A stretch of DNA of 64,000 bases, taken from contig CAYVZR010000001.1 in NCBI GenBank assembly GCA_964456195.1, forward strand, positions 17,591-81,590. Direction: 5' to 3'. Shown one piece after another: positions 27,222 to 36,825 of this stretch. The notes under the pieces were generated by a model, which worked only from the letters and a program-made list of their open reading frames with translations, had not been told where the DNA came from and did not search any database. This DNA comes from an uncultured Candidatus Izemoplasmatales bacterium (GTDB lineage: Bacteria; Bacillota_I; Bacilli_A; Izemoplasmatales; Izemoplasmataceae). Made by a program: the position numbers and the translations under genes. Positions within the stretch are counted from its first letter, which is position 1; each line of letters starts with the position of its first letter.

Positions 27222-28967
27222 TTATTTAATAGTTTTGATTGATAATTCCTTTAATTGTTCTTCTGCTACCTTACTTGGGGCTTCTGTAAGTAAACATTGT
27301 GCGCTATTCGTTTTTGGAAATGCGACAACGTCTCTGATGTTTTCAGTATGTACTAAAAGCATAATTAATCGGTCAAATCCAAATGCTATACCACCATGTG
27401 GTGGAGTACCATATTTAAGTGCATCAAGTAAGAATCCAAACTTAGCTTGTTGTTCTTCTTTAGAAATACCAAGAATATCAAATACTTTATTTTGAATTTC
27501 TTCTTTATGAATTCTAACACTTCCACCGCCTAGTTCTTGTCCTTGTACTACTAAGTCATAGCAATAAGCAAGAGCCTTTTCAGGTTCATTATCAAGATAT
27601 TTAAGGTATTTTTCTTGAACCATAGTGAACGGATGATGAAGTGAGAAGAATCTTTCATGTTCATCTTTATATTCAAACATTGGCCAGTCAATAACCCATA
27701 AGAAATCGTAATCATCACTACTAAATAGTTGTTGTTCTTTTGCAATATGGTTTCTTAAATTACCAAGTGATTGGTTAGTAACACTTTCCTTATCTGAAAC
27801 TATTAAAAGTAAATCATCTTTTTCAAGATTTGTTCTTTCAATAATCTCTTTTTGGATATTTTCATCTAAAAACTTAATGATACTTCCACTAAGTACTTCG
27901 TTATATTTTAAGTAAGCTAACCCTTTTGCTTTGAATTTCTTAACATAATCAGTAAGTTTGTCTATTCCTTTTCTAGAATAAAGAGATGCTCCATTTTTAA
28001 CATTAATTGCTTTAACAATTCCACCATCAGCGATATTTTTTGTGAAGACAACAAAATCTGTCTTAGCAGCTATATCAGTAATGTTTACTAAGTGCATTCC
28101 AAATCTAGTATCTGGTTTATCCACTCCATATTTGTCCATAGCTTCTTTATATGTAATCCTTGGGAATTTTTCTAGAAGATCAACATTCTTTACTTTTTTC
28201 ATAACTGCTTTAATCATTCTTTCACTTACATCTAAAATTTCATCTTGTTCCATAAAGCTTGTTTCAATGTCTATTTGAGTGAATTCTGGTTGTCTATCAC
28301 TTCTTAGATCTTCATCTCTAAAGCACTTAGCTATTTGATAATATTTCTCAAAACCTGATATCATCAGTAATTGCTTAAAGATTTGAGGAGATTGAGGTAA
28401 AGCATAGAATTCACCATTATTAATTCTAGAAGGAACTAAATAATCACGTGCACCCTCGGGTGTAGATTTAGTTAGTATAGGTGTTTCAACTTCAATGAAT
28501 CCTTCTTTATCCATGAATTCTCTAACTGCCATATTAGCTTTATGTCTAATAATAAAGTTCTTTTGTAATATAGGTCTACGAAGATCTAAATATCGGTATT
28601 TTAGACGTGTTTCTTCAAGCGCATCAGTATCATCTTGAATAAGTAATGGAGTTTGAGCTGAAGTATTTAATACATTTAAAACTGTTACTTCTACTTCTAC
28701 ATCACCAGTAGGAATTTTCTTATTTTTTGAACTTCTTTCAATTACTTTTCCTTTGATTTCAAGTACAAATTCACTCTTAATACTCAAAGTGCTTTCGTAT
28801 AGTGGAGAATCAGGATGAAAAGCAAGTTGAGTTATTCCAAAACGATCTCTAAGGTCAATAAATACTAATCCACCTAGATCTCTTTTCTTTGATACCCAAC
28901 CTTTTAATACTACTTCTTCATTTAAATTATTGATGTTTAATTCACCGTTATTATGTGTTCTTTTCAT
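27222..28967 (-). CDS. aspS: Aspartyl-tRNA synthetase
   Basis: 581 aa. Class II motifs (FRDEDLRSDRQPEFTQID; GGGSVRIH; GIAFGFDRL). Confidence 0.95.
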   Translation of the reverse strand: MKRTHNNGELNINNLNEEVVLKGWVSKKRDLGGLVFIDLRDRFGITQLAFHPDSPLYESTLSIKSEFVLEIKGKVIERSSKNKKIPTGDVEVEVTVLNVLNTSAQTPLLIQDDTDALEETRLKYRYLDLRRPILQKNFIIRHKANMAVREFMDKEGFIEVETPILTKSTPEGARDYLVPSRINNGEFYALPQSPQIFKQLLMISGFEKYYQIAKCFRDEDLRSDRQPEFTQIDIETSFMEQDEILDVSERMIKAVMKKVKNVDLLEKFPRITYKEAMDKYGVDKPDTRFGMHLVNITDIAAKTDFVVFTKNIADGGIVKAINVKNGASLYSRKGIDKLTDYVKKFKAKGLAYLKYNEVLSGSIIKFLDENIQKEIIERTNLEKDDLLLIVSDKESVTNQSLGNLRNHIAKEQQLFSSDDYDFLWVIDWPMFEYKDEHERFFSLHHPFTMVQEKYLKYLDNEPEKALAYCYDLVVQGQELGGGSVRIHKEEIQNKVFDILGISKEEQQAKFGFLLDALKYGTPPHGGIAFGFDRLIMLLVHTENIRDVVAFPKTNSAQCLLTEAPSKVAEEQLKELSIKTIK

Positions 28968-28998
28968 TTCTTTTTCTCCTTTAAAATCAAATTATTAA

Positions 28999-30318
28999 TT
29001 ATTCGCATTCATCGCAACTGTCTTCTTCGCAGCTTTCACAGCTTTTTGAAGGAGTCATTAGTTCAGCAACAATGTGATTGTATAGTTGATGTTTATCTAT
29101 TGTAATTTCTTTTCCAGTTTCTTTGTCTTTTATATTAATTACATCTTTTGCTTTTTCATTTGCTCCATAGATTGCAATAAATCTAGCATTTAAGTTATCA
29201 GCTAGTTTAAATTGTGCTTTTAAGTTTTTATCTAGAAAATCAATATCACTAAATAACCCACCTATTCTACATCTATTTAACATTTTGATTCCATCTGCTT
29301 TTTGTTCTTCTCCTAAAATCATTAAATATAAATGTAAGTAATCAGGTGCTCCTTTAAAGTTAATACTTTCTAATGCAAACATTAGTCTTTCTAAGCCGAA
29401 TGCAAATCCTACACCAGGAATATTTGGTCCACCAAGTGATGAAACTAGATTATTATATCTTCCTCCACCACAAATAGTTTTTTGCGCACCTAATGTATCT
29501 AAGTTTGCATCTACTTCAAAAACAGTGTGTGTGTAATAATCAAGTCCTCTAACAAGTGATGAATCAACAACATATTTTATTTCCATTGCATCTAAATATT
29601 GTTGTAATTTTTCAAAATGATCTTTTGATTCTTGATTTAAATAATCAATTGGTTTAGGAGCATTAATAAGAAATTCACTGTTCTTATCAATTTTGCAGTC
29701 TAAAATTCTTAGGGGATTAGTTACATATCTTCTTTGACAATCGCTACATAATGAGGTAATGTCAGTTTTTAAATATTCAACTAGTGCTTTTTTATACATT
29801 GTTTTAGATTCTTGATCACCTATCGAATTAAGATGAACTTCTACATCTTTAATCTTAAGTGCTTTTATTACAGTAACCGCGTAACTTATTATTTCAGCAT
29901 CAAGAAGTGGAGAGGTGCTACCAAAAGCTTCTGCTCCAAATTGAGCAAATTGACGGTATCTTCCCTTTTGAGGTCTTTCATATCTAAACATTGGCCCCAT
30001 ATAATATAACTTCTTAATTGGTATTTTATCGGCATATAGTTTGTTTTCAATATAGCTTCTTACTACAGGAGCTGTACCTTCAGGTCTTAATGTGTTTGAT
30101 CTATTTCCTCTATCAATAAAATCATATGTTTCTTTAGAAACGATATCTGTATCTTCACCAACGCTACGGTGAAACAACTCTGTGTTTTCAAAGATTGGAG
30201 TTCTAATTTCATCATAGTTAAAGATTTTACTGACATTTCTTATAGTTTTTTCAAGAGCTTGCCATTTATTTGTTTCTTTTGGTAGTAAGTCATATGTTCC
30301 TTTGACTTTTTGATACAT
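28999..30318 (-). CDS. hisS: Histidyl-tRNA synthetase with an extra Cys/acid-rich C-terminal tail
   Basis: 439 aa. Contains YYMGPMFRYERPQKGRYRQF and GGGRYN motifs. The tail is SKSCESCEEDSCDECE. Confidence 0.95.
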   Translation of the reverse strand: MYQKVKGTYDLLPKETNKWQALEKTIRNVSKIFNYDEIRTPIFENTELFHRSVGEDTDIVSKETYDFIDRGNRSNTLRPEGTAPVVRSYIENKLYADKIPIKKLYYMGPMFRYERPQKGRYRQFAQFGAEAFGSTSPLLDAEIISYAVTVIKALKIKDVEVHLNSIGDQESKTMYKKALVEYLKTDITSLCSDCQRRYVTNPLRILDCKIDKNSEFLINAPKPIDYLNQESKDHFEKLQQYLDAMEIKYVVDSSLVRGLDYYTHTVFEVDANLDTLGAQKTICGGGRYNNLVSSLGGPNIPGVGFAFGLERLMFALESINFKGAPDYLHLYLMILGEEQKADGIKMLNRCRIGGLFSDIDFLDKNLKAQFKLADNLNARFIAIYGANEKAKDVINIKDKETGKEITIDKHQLYNHIVAELMTPSKSCESCEEDSCDECE

Positions 30319-30349
30319 AAAATCACTCCTTATTAGTAAAAAAATATAA

Positions 30350-30545
30350 AAAAATCGCCCCTAAATCTAAGGGCGAATTAATTCCGCGGTACCACCTTAG
30401 TTCCTAGTTAACTAGGCCCTTAACTCTTAACGCGAGTGACGTCTCTTTCTACTTATTTCAAAAGAGCCCTCAAAAGTGTCTTCGTAAACAATCGCTGTAG
30501 ATACTTTCACCAGTGTATCTTTCTCTATGACAACGAATAATCAAC
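30350..30545 (-). promoter_or_regulatory. T-box leader (tRNA-sensing riboswitch) controlling hisS-aspS
   Basis: The minus strand has CTGGTGAAAG (distal loop GGUGNRA), GAA-GAC-A (specifier context) and the T-box core AAGGTGGTACCGCG (30386-30397). The terminator is CGCCC-N10-GGGCG + TTTTTTT (30350-30376). Confidence 0.8.
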
Positions 30546-30589
30546 TACTATTCTTTTTCATTGGTTTTATAAGTAAGATTATACCCTTA

Positions 30590-31195
30590 TTATGCCTTAG
30601 AGTCAACTTTTAAACCCTTTTTAAATTCCTCAATCCACTTAATTTTTCCTTGATGGTAATCTTCAATTGTTATTGAAGTGATTACTTCATCGATAATTTC
30701 ACCATCATAATTTTGAAATTTATTTCTTAAAATACCTTCTTCAACAAATTCAAGTTTTTCACAAACTCGCTTGCTGCGGTTGTTAAACATAAAATATCCG
30801 TATTGTAATCTTTTAAGATGTAATATTTCAAAAGCATAGATAATTGCTGCTTTTGCAGCTTCTACCGCTATACCTTGTCCCCAATATATCGGATTTAATA
30901 CAAACCCAATTTCAGCTTTATATTTATTATATGAATGGATTTCTATCGTACCCACCATTTTTCTATTTTCTTTAATAATGATCGCATATATTCCAGGTTG
31001 TCCAAAATCTCTTTTCTTCATAGAGTAATTAATAAAAGCTTCTGATTCGCTCTTTGAAACATGTGGTCTCCAACCTGCATTAGGGCCAACCTTGTTACTT
31101 TTTGCATATTCAAAGACATCATCGATATCAGTTAATGATAATTGTCTTAAAATCAGTCTTTCTGTTTCTAGATTAGGTAATAAAACTTTCATCAC
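30590..31195 (-). CDS. GNAT-family N-acetyltransferase (RimJ/RimL-like)
   Basis: LETERLILRQLSLTD start and the acetyl-CoA site motif WGQGIAVEAAKA. Confidence 0.75.
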   Translation of the reverse strand: MMKVLLPNLETERLILRQLSLTDIDDVFEYAKSNKVGPNAGWRPHVSKSESEAFINYSMKKRDFGQPGIYAIIIKENRKMVGTIEIHSYNKYKAEIGFVLNPIYWGQGIAVEAAKAAIIYAFEILHLKRLQYGYFMFNNRSKRVCEKLEFVEEGILRNKFQNYDGEIIDEVITSITIEDYHQGKIKWIEEFKKGLKVDSKA

Positions 31196-31200
31196 TTAAA

Positions 31201-31992
31201 TCACCTCTTATTCATCATAACCCATTTTTCAGTATCTTTAAAACCTAGTCTTTTATATATAGCTCCAGCTTTGGGATTATCATAAAAAAGACACAAATAT
31301 TTGTTTTTTTGTTTGTATTCATTCATTAGATGAATCATTAATTTTGTAGCAAGACCTCTATTCCTAGCTGATTCATGAGTTGCTACACCAACAACGATTG
31401 CATTTATAGTAGTTTCAGCTGTAGCTGCTACTGTAGATATTGCTTTATTATTTTCTTCAAGGTAATATGTTGAACCCATGTTTAGTCCTTTCATTTTACC
31501 TTCAATAAAATAATCTAACTCTTGATCATTAACACCAAACTCATCTACTGTTTCTAATAAATAATATATTTTAGTAGCGTCTTCTCTTGTTTCTAGTTTA
31601 ATTGGTTTTAGTAATTCATCATTCTCTAAAGATTTTATATTAAATGCTTCAGCAAAGTACATTTCCTTATAATCAAAACCTTTTAAATGCGGAGAAATTA
31701 GCTCCATTAAAGTAACACGGCCATTAAAATAACTAAACTTATTTTCATTAATAATTATGAGCCATTCTAGATTAAAGTGGTCAATATGAGAATAAAATAC
31801 TGCATTTTCACGATAAAATAGCAACACTGATTTGTACTTATTTTTTTGGTCAAATTCACCATAAATTGACTGAAATTCTTGTTCAAAACCAAATGCTTCA
31901 ATATCACCAATTATGAAGATGTTTAAAGAGGCGTCTTTGTAAAGATAATCTAAAACCTTTGAGCGGTCTAATTCATTAAGTTTTCTGATCAT
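31201..31992 (-). CDS. GNAT-family acetyltransferase with an N-terminal extension
   Basis: The C-terminal part VGVATHESARNRGLATKLM...YKRLGF is a GNAT core. Confidence 0.6.
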   Translation of the reverse strand: MIRKLNELDRSKVLDYLYKDASLNIFIIGDIEAFGFEQEFQSIYGEFDQKNKYKSVLLFYRENAVFYSHIDHFNLEWLIIINENKFSYFNGRVTLMELISPHLKGFDYKEMYFAEAFNIKSLENDELLKPIKLETREDATKIYYLLETVDEFGVNDQELDYFIEGKMKGLNMGSTYYLEENNKAISTVAATAETTINAIVVGVATHESARNRGLATKLMIHLMNEYKQKNKYLCLFYDNPKAGAIYKRLGFKDTEKWVMMNKR

Positions 31993-31996
31993 ATGA

Positions 31997-32440
31997 TCAC
32001 TTGCTTTCTAATAATATTGTTACAGGACCATCATTAATCAAAGATATATCCATATGTTCTCCGAAAATACCATTTAGTGTTCTTATATTATATTCTTTAT
32101 TTAAGATTTCAGTAAGCTGCAAATAAAGGTTCTTAGCAGCAATCGGCTCCATAGAACTTGTAAATGAAGGTCTGTTTCCCTTGGAAGTATTTCCATATAA
32201 TGTAAATTGAGATATTGATAGAATATCGTAATTCATGTCAATAATACTTTTATTAAGTTTGCCATTTTCATCTTCAAAAATGCGTAGATTAGCTATTTTT
32301 TTAGCTAAGTAAGTTATTTCAACAAGAGTGTCAGTATGAGTTAATCCAACAAATAAGAGATAACCATTCTTGATTTCGGATACTAATTCACTGTTTACTG
32401 TGCAACTAGCATTAGTAACTCTTTGAACTAAAACTTTCAC
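31997..32440 (-). CDS. dtd: D-aminoacyl-tRNA deacylase
   Basis: 147 aa. MKVLVQRV... and SQFTLYG... motifs. Confidence 0.9.
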   Translation of the reverse strand: MKVLVQRVTNASCTVNSELVSEIKNGYLLFVGLTHTDTLVEITYLAKKIANLRIFEDENGKLNKSIIDMNYDILSISQFTLYGNTSKGNRPSFTSSMEPIAAKNLYLQLTEILNKEYNIRTLNGIFGEHMDISLINDGPVTILLESK

Positions 32441-34611
32441 TACTTCATCATCCTCTCAATTGAGTATACATGACTAATTTTCTGAAGATTTATGATGATA
32501 TTTTCTAGTTCTTTCTTGTTTTTGATGTTTAGTTTTAGTTTGATAACTCCTTCTAATCTTTTATTTGATGACGCAACAACTTGTGATATTTTACCTTTAG
32601 TGGATGTAACAGTATTGATTATTTCAGCTAATACGTTGTCTCTATTTGATACAATAACTTTAATGTTTACTTCATAAGATCTGCTTTTGTCATTTCCCCA
32701 ATATACATCAATTAAACGGTTTGGGTCTAATCCTTTTAAGTTGTTACATTTTTGGCGATGGACAGCTATTCCTACACCTTTAGAGACGTAACCTACTATT
32801 TTATCTCCAGGAATTGGAGTACAACAATTTGATAATTTAATTGAAGGTGTATTTAATCCTTCTACAATAATATTTGATATGCTTTTTAAATTTGGAGTAC
32901 TTGATTCATTTATTTTTTGAATTAAATCTTCATCAGTATATTTTGTTTCACCAACTAAGCTATTAATAGCACTTACTGGTGAAATTGTATTTTTTCCTAT
33001 TTCATAATATAAGTCGTCAATTGTATTGGCACTTTTATGTGAAAATAATTTACTTATTTGCTTGTCCGTAAGTTTAAGTTGAAGGTTTCTTGATTGCATT
33101 TCTCTTTGGAAATCTTCTTTTCCCATTTCAACTAAAACGCTTCTTCTTCTTTTATTTAGATAATTCTTTATTTTAGATTTTGCATTTGATGTTTTTACAA
33201 TCTTTAACCAGTTGTCATTCGGACCAAATGAGTTTACACTTGTCTTCATGTTTATAATATCTCCTGTATTAAGAACGTATTCTAAAGGGACTATTTTACC
33301 ATTAACGATTGCACCTACTGTTTTAATACCTACTTGGGTATGTATACGAAAAGCAAAATCAAGAGGTGTTGATCCTTTAGGTAAGTCAATTATGTCTCCG
33401 TCAGGAGTGAATACATAGACATTTGATTGAAAAATATCATCTCTTAGCAAATTAAGAACTTCATTTTCATCTTCAGTTTCTTTGGTGAAATTAATTAAAT
33501 CACCATACCACTTAAGGCGTTTAGATACTTCTGTGGTTAAATTACCAGCTTTATTAGCATTTTTATAAGCCCAATGCGCGGCAACTCCAAACTCAGCAAT
33601 TTGATCCATTTCTTCAGTTCTTATCTGAATCTCATAAACTTTACCATTTGCAATTACAGATGTATGTAATGATTGGTATAGGTTTGGTTTTGGCATTGCA
33701 ATATAATCTTTAAACCTGTTTGGAATTGGTGTCCATTTAGAATGAATAACACCAATAGTGCGATAACAACTTTCAATATTATCAACAATTATTCTAATTG
33801 CGAGTAAGTCAAAGATTTCATCAAATTCTTTTTTACGGTTAACCATTTTTTTATGGACAGAATAGATGTTTTTAATTCTTCCTTTTATATCACAATTTAC
33901 ATTGTTTTCAGATAAAAGATATTGAATATTAGTTTGCATGATTTCAAGATCGCCTTTACGGCTAGCCTTACTATCAGAAATTAATTTTGCAACTTTTTTA
34001 TAGGTATCAGCATCAATATACTTAAATGATGTATCTTCTAGCTCTGCCTTAATTAAGTTCATCCCTAAACGATGAGCAAGCGGGGCATATATATCCATAG
34101 TTTCCCTTGCTATTCTACTTTGTTTTTCAGGCGGGAGATATTCTAAAGTTCTAATATTATGTAATCTATCTGCTAGTTTAACAATTATAACTCTGATGTC
34201 TTTTGCCATAGCAAGTAACATCTTTTGATAGTTTTTAGCCTGTGCTTCCATTTTATCTGATTCTTTATTTATTCCTTCAAATTTATATTTACCTAATTTA
34301 GTAACTCCATCTGTCAATAAAGCCACTTCTTCACCAAATTTATCCTTAATATCATCAAAAGAAGTATCAGTGTCTTCTATTACATCATGTAATAATCCAG
34401 CAATGATTGTTACATAATCAGTATGTAAATCACTAAGTATTATTGCTACTAATAATGGATGTATTACATATTCTTCTCCTGATTTTCTTAATTGTCCTTT
34501 ATGTTTGTTTTTGGTATAAGAATAAGCCTCTTGAATTAACTCAAGATGCTCTTTATTTTCAATGTATTTTGAAACATTACTCATTAATTTTTGAAATTTA
34601 GCTGAAGACAT
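32440..34611 (-). CDS. relA: Bifunctional (p)ppGpp synthetase/hydrolase (RelA/SpoT homologue)
   Basis: 723 aa with HD domain (HPLLVAIIL..LHDVIEDT), synthetase domain (YIAMPKPNLYQSLHT), TGS and ACT regions. Confidence 0.95.
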   Translation of the reverse strand: MSSAKFQKLMSNVSKYIENKEHLELIQEAYSYTKNKHKGQLRKSGEEYVIHPLLVAIILSDLHTDYVTIIAGLLHDVIEDTDTSFDDIKDKFGEEVALLTDGVTKLGKYKFEGINKESDKMEAQAKNYQKMLLAMAKDIRVIIVKLADRLHNIRTLEYLPPEKQSRIARETMDIYAPLAHRLGMNLIKAELEDTSFKYIDADTYKKVAKLISDSKASRKGDLEIMQTNIQYLLSENNVNCDIKGRIKNIYSVHKKMVNRKKEFDEIFDLLAIRIIVDNIESCYRTIGVIHSKWTPIPNRFKDYIAMPKPNLYQSLHTSVIANGKVYEIQIRTEEMDQIAEFGVAAHWAYKNANKAGNLTTEVSKRLKWYGDLINFTKETEDENEVLNLLRDDIFQSNVYVFTPDGDIIDLPKGSTPLDFAFRIHTQVGIKTVGAIVNGKIVPLEYVLNTGDIINMKTSVNSFGPNDNWLKIVKTSNAKSKIKNYLNKRRRSVLVEMGKEDFQREMQSRNLQLKLTDKQISKLFSHKSANTIDDLYYEIGKNTISPVSAINSLVGETKYTDEDLIQKINESSTPNLKSISNIIVEGLNTPSIKLSNCCTPIPGDKIVGYVSKGVGIAVHRQKCNNLKGLDPNRLIDVYWGNDKSRSYEVNIKVIVSNRDNVLAEIINTVTSTKGKISQVVASSNKRLEGVIKLKLNIKNKKELENIIINLQKISHVYSIERMMK

Positions 34612-34622
34612 AAAACCACCTC

Positions 34623-35135
34623 TTAATAGCGCATTAGAGATAAAACATTGTAATTTTGTAGCTTTTCTCTACCTTTTAAGAATTCTAATTCAATTAAGAA
34701 AGCTATTCCAACTACAATTCCACCTGAAGCTTCAACTAGTTTTATAGTTGCTTCAATTGTTCCACCTGTAGCTAGTAAGTCATCAATAATAAGTACTTTT
34801 TGACCAGGCAAAATATCACCTTTATGTAGACATAGAGTGTTTTTTCCATATTCTAAGTCATAACTAAACTCAATTACTTCTCTAGGTAGTTTCCCAGGTT
34901 TTCTAACAGGTACAAATCCAATTTCAAGATTAGTTGCAACTGGACATCCAAAGATAAATCCTCTTGCATCTGGCCCTACTATTATATCTGCACCAATTTC
35001 TTTAGTAAATGCAACAAATAAATTAGTTGCATGTTTGAATGCTTTACCGTTTCCAATTAGTGGTGTAATATCCTTAAATTCGATTCCTTTAATTGGAAAA
35101 TCAGAGACATTTGCAATGTAATCTTTTAAATTCAT
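34623..35135 (-). CDS. apt: Adenine phosphoribosyltransferase
   Basis: PRPP-binding motif [13 protein letters not shown]. Confidence 0.95.
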   Translation of the reverse strand: MNLKDYIANVSDFPIKGIEFKDITPLIGNGKAFKHATNLFVAFTKEIGADIIVGPDARGFIFGCPVATNLEIGFVPVRKPGKLPREVIEFSYDLEYGKNTLCLHKGDILPGQKVLIIDDLLATGGTIEATIKLVEASGGIVVGIAFLIELEFLKGREKLQNYNVLSLMRY

Positions 35136-35218
35136 TTCTATTCCTCCATTTATATATTCTATATATATTCAGTTAATTATAACAAAAATCTTAATAATAA
35201 AAATACTTAAATTTATTT

Positions 35219-36790
35219 TTATCCAATTACATAATCTTCAATTAAAATTTGTTTCTTTGATCTACCTCTGAAAGTGTTTATATCTAGGCGTCCAAGCAAA
35301 GTAACTTTACTTGTTCTATTAATTAAAGAATGTAACTTTTTATTATTGAAAAATATCGCTTCTGAGTTAGAATCAATAAGAATTTTAGAGTGTTCTCCTT
35401 TAATGAGATATTTACTTGAAGGAGTAATTTCTTTGAAAATAAATAAAGAATTTTTTAAATCATATTGATCTAGGTCAATTATTTGCTTAATGTCTAAGGT
35501 AGAAATATCAACTACACCTTCTGCAGTTATGAATTCTTCTCTATGAGCTTTTGGTATTAAACTATTAAATCTTCTCTTAAATTCATCAAAGTTTTCTCTT
35601 CTAAATTCGAGTCCAGCAGCATTTTGATGCCCACCATATCTAACCAATAGTTCTTTTAGTTCACTCAGTACATAAATGATATCGACTGATCCATAGCTTC
35701 TAATGCTTCCCTTAAAAGTAAACTCTTCTTCTTTTAACACAATGCTTACTTTTGAATATTCATTTGCGAGTCTTGAAGCAATAATTCCTAATACACCTTC
35801 GTGCATAATTGGTGAGTGAATAATTATACTTGGTTCATCTTCTTTAAGTTGTGACAAAGCTTCTGTATACAACATACTTGTAAGTTTTTTTCTTTTATTA
35901 TTAATTTCTTCAATTTCCTCTAAATGTTTAATCGCAGTCATATTATCTTTTGATAATAAAAGTTCAACGGCTAATTTAGCACTTTTCATTCTTCCACATG
36001 CATTTAATCTTGGTGCTATTTTATATTGTACATCTGCCACAGATGTAGCGGTTAAATCAAGGAATGAAATTAATTTAGATAGACCAATATTTTGAGAATT
36101 CTTCATCTTTTTTAATCCTAGATTTACTATTGCTCTATTTTCATCAATTAAAGGCATCATATCAGCAATAGTTCCCAAAGCTACTATATCAATATAATCT
36201 AAAGCAGCATCACCTATTAATGCTTGTGCAAGTTTGAAGGCAACCCCTACGCCAGCTAAAGGTTTAAAAGGATAATCTGATAACAAAGTATGAATAATAG
36301 TATACGCATCGGGTAATGATCCTTCTTTTTCATGGTGATCAGTAATTATTAAATCGATGTTGTTTTCTTTTAGGACTTTTGCTTCGAATATTGACTTGAT
36401 ACCATTATCAACAGTAATAATTAAATTGAATTCCTCGTCTATAATTTCGTACACTTTTGAATAAGATAATCCGTATCCATCTACGAAACGATTTGGAATG
36501 TCATAGAATACATTCCCACCTAAATCTAGAATTGTTTTATAGAGAATAAATGTGCTGGTAATACCATCAACATCATAGTCTCCATAGATAAGAATTTTTT
36601 CTTTAGATTCAACTGCTTTCATAATACGGTCAACACTCTTTTTCATATCCAGTAAGAGGTATGGATCGTTTAGATTTTTTTCATCTAAACTAAATAATTC
36701 GAGGTAATTTGATACTCCTCGAGAATGATAAATGTCTTCGACCAATTTAGTTTGGTCTAATTCTTCATTTTTTATCTTCCACTTATACAT
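35219..36790 (-). CDS. recJ: Single-stranded-DNA-specific exonuclease RecJ (short, DHH/DHHA1 only)
   Basis: Contains DYDVDGITS, ITDHHE and GGHQNAAG motifs. Located upstream of apt-relA, as in Bacillus. Confidence 0.8.
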   Translation of the reverse strand: MYKWKIKNEELDQTKLVEDIYHSRGVSNYLELFSLDEKNLNDPYLLLDMKKSVDRIMKAVESKEKILIYGDYDVDGITSTFILYKTILDLGGNVFYDIPNRFVDGYGLSYSKVYEIIDEEFNLIITVDNGIKSIFEAKVLKENNIDLIITDHHEKEGSLPDAYTIIHTLLSDYPFKPLAGVGVAFKLAQALIGDAALDYIDIVALGTIADMMPLIDENRAIVNLGLKKMKNSQNIGLSKLISFLDLTATSVADVQYKIAPRLNACGRMKSAKLAVELLLSKDNMTAIKHLEEIEEINNKRKKLTSMLYTEALSQLKEDEPSIIIHSPIMHEGVLGIIASRLANEYSKVSIVLKEEEFTFKGSIRSYGSVDIIYVLSELKELLVRYGGHQNAAGLEFRRENFDEFKRRFNSLIPKAHREEFITAEGVVDISTLDIKQIIDLDQYDLKNSLFIFKEITPSSKYLIKGEHSKILIDSNSEAIFFNNKKLHSLINRTSKVTLLGRLDINTFRGRSKKQILIEDYVIG

Positions 36791-36825
36791 AGACGTCTCC
36801 TAACTATTGGAATGGATAGACCACC

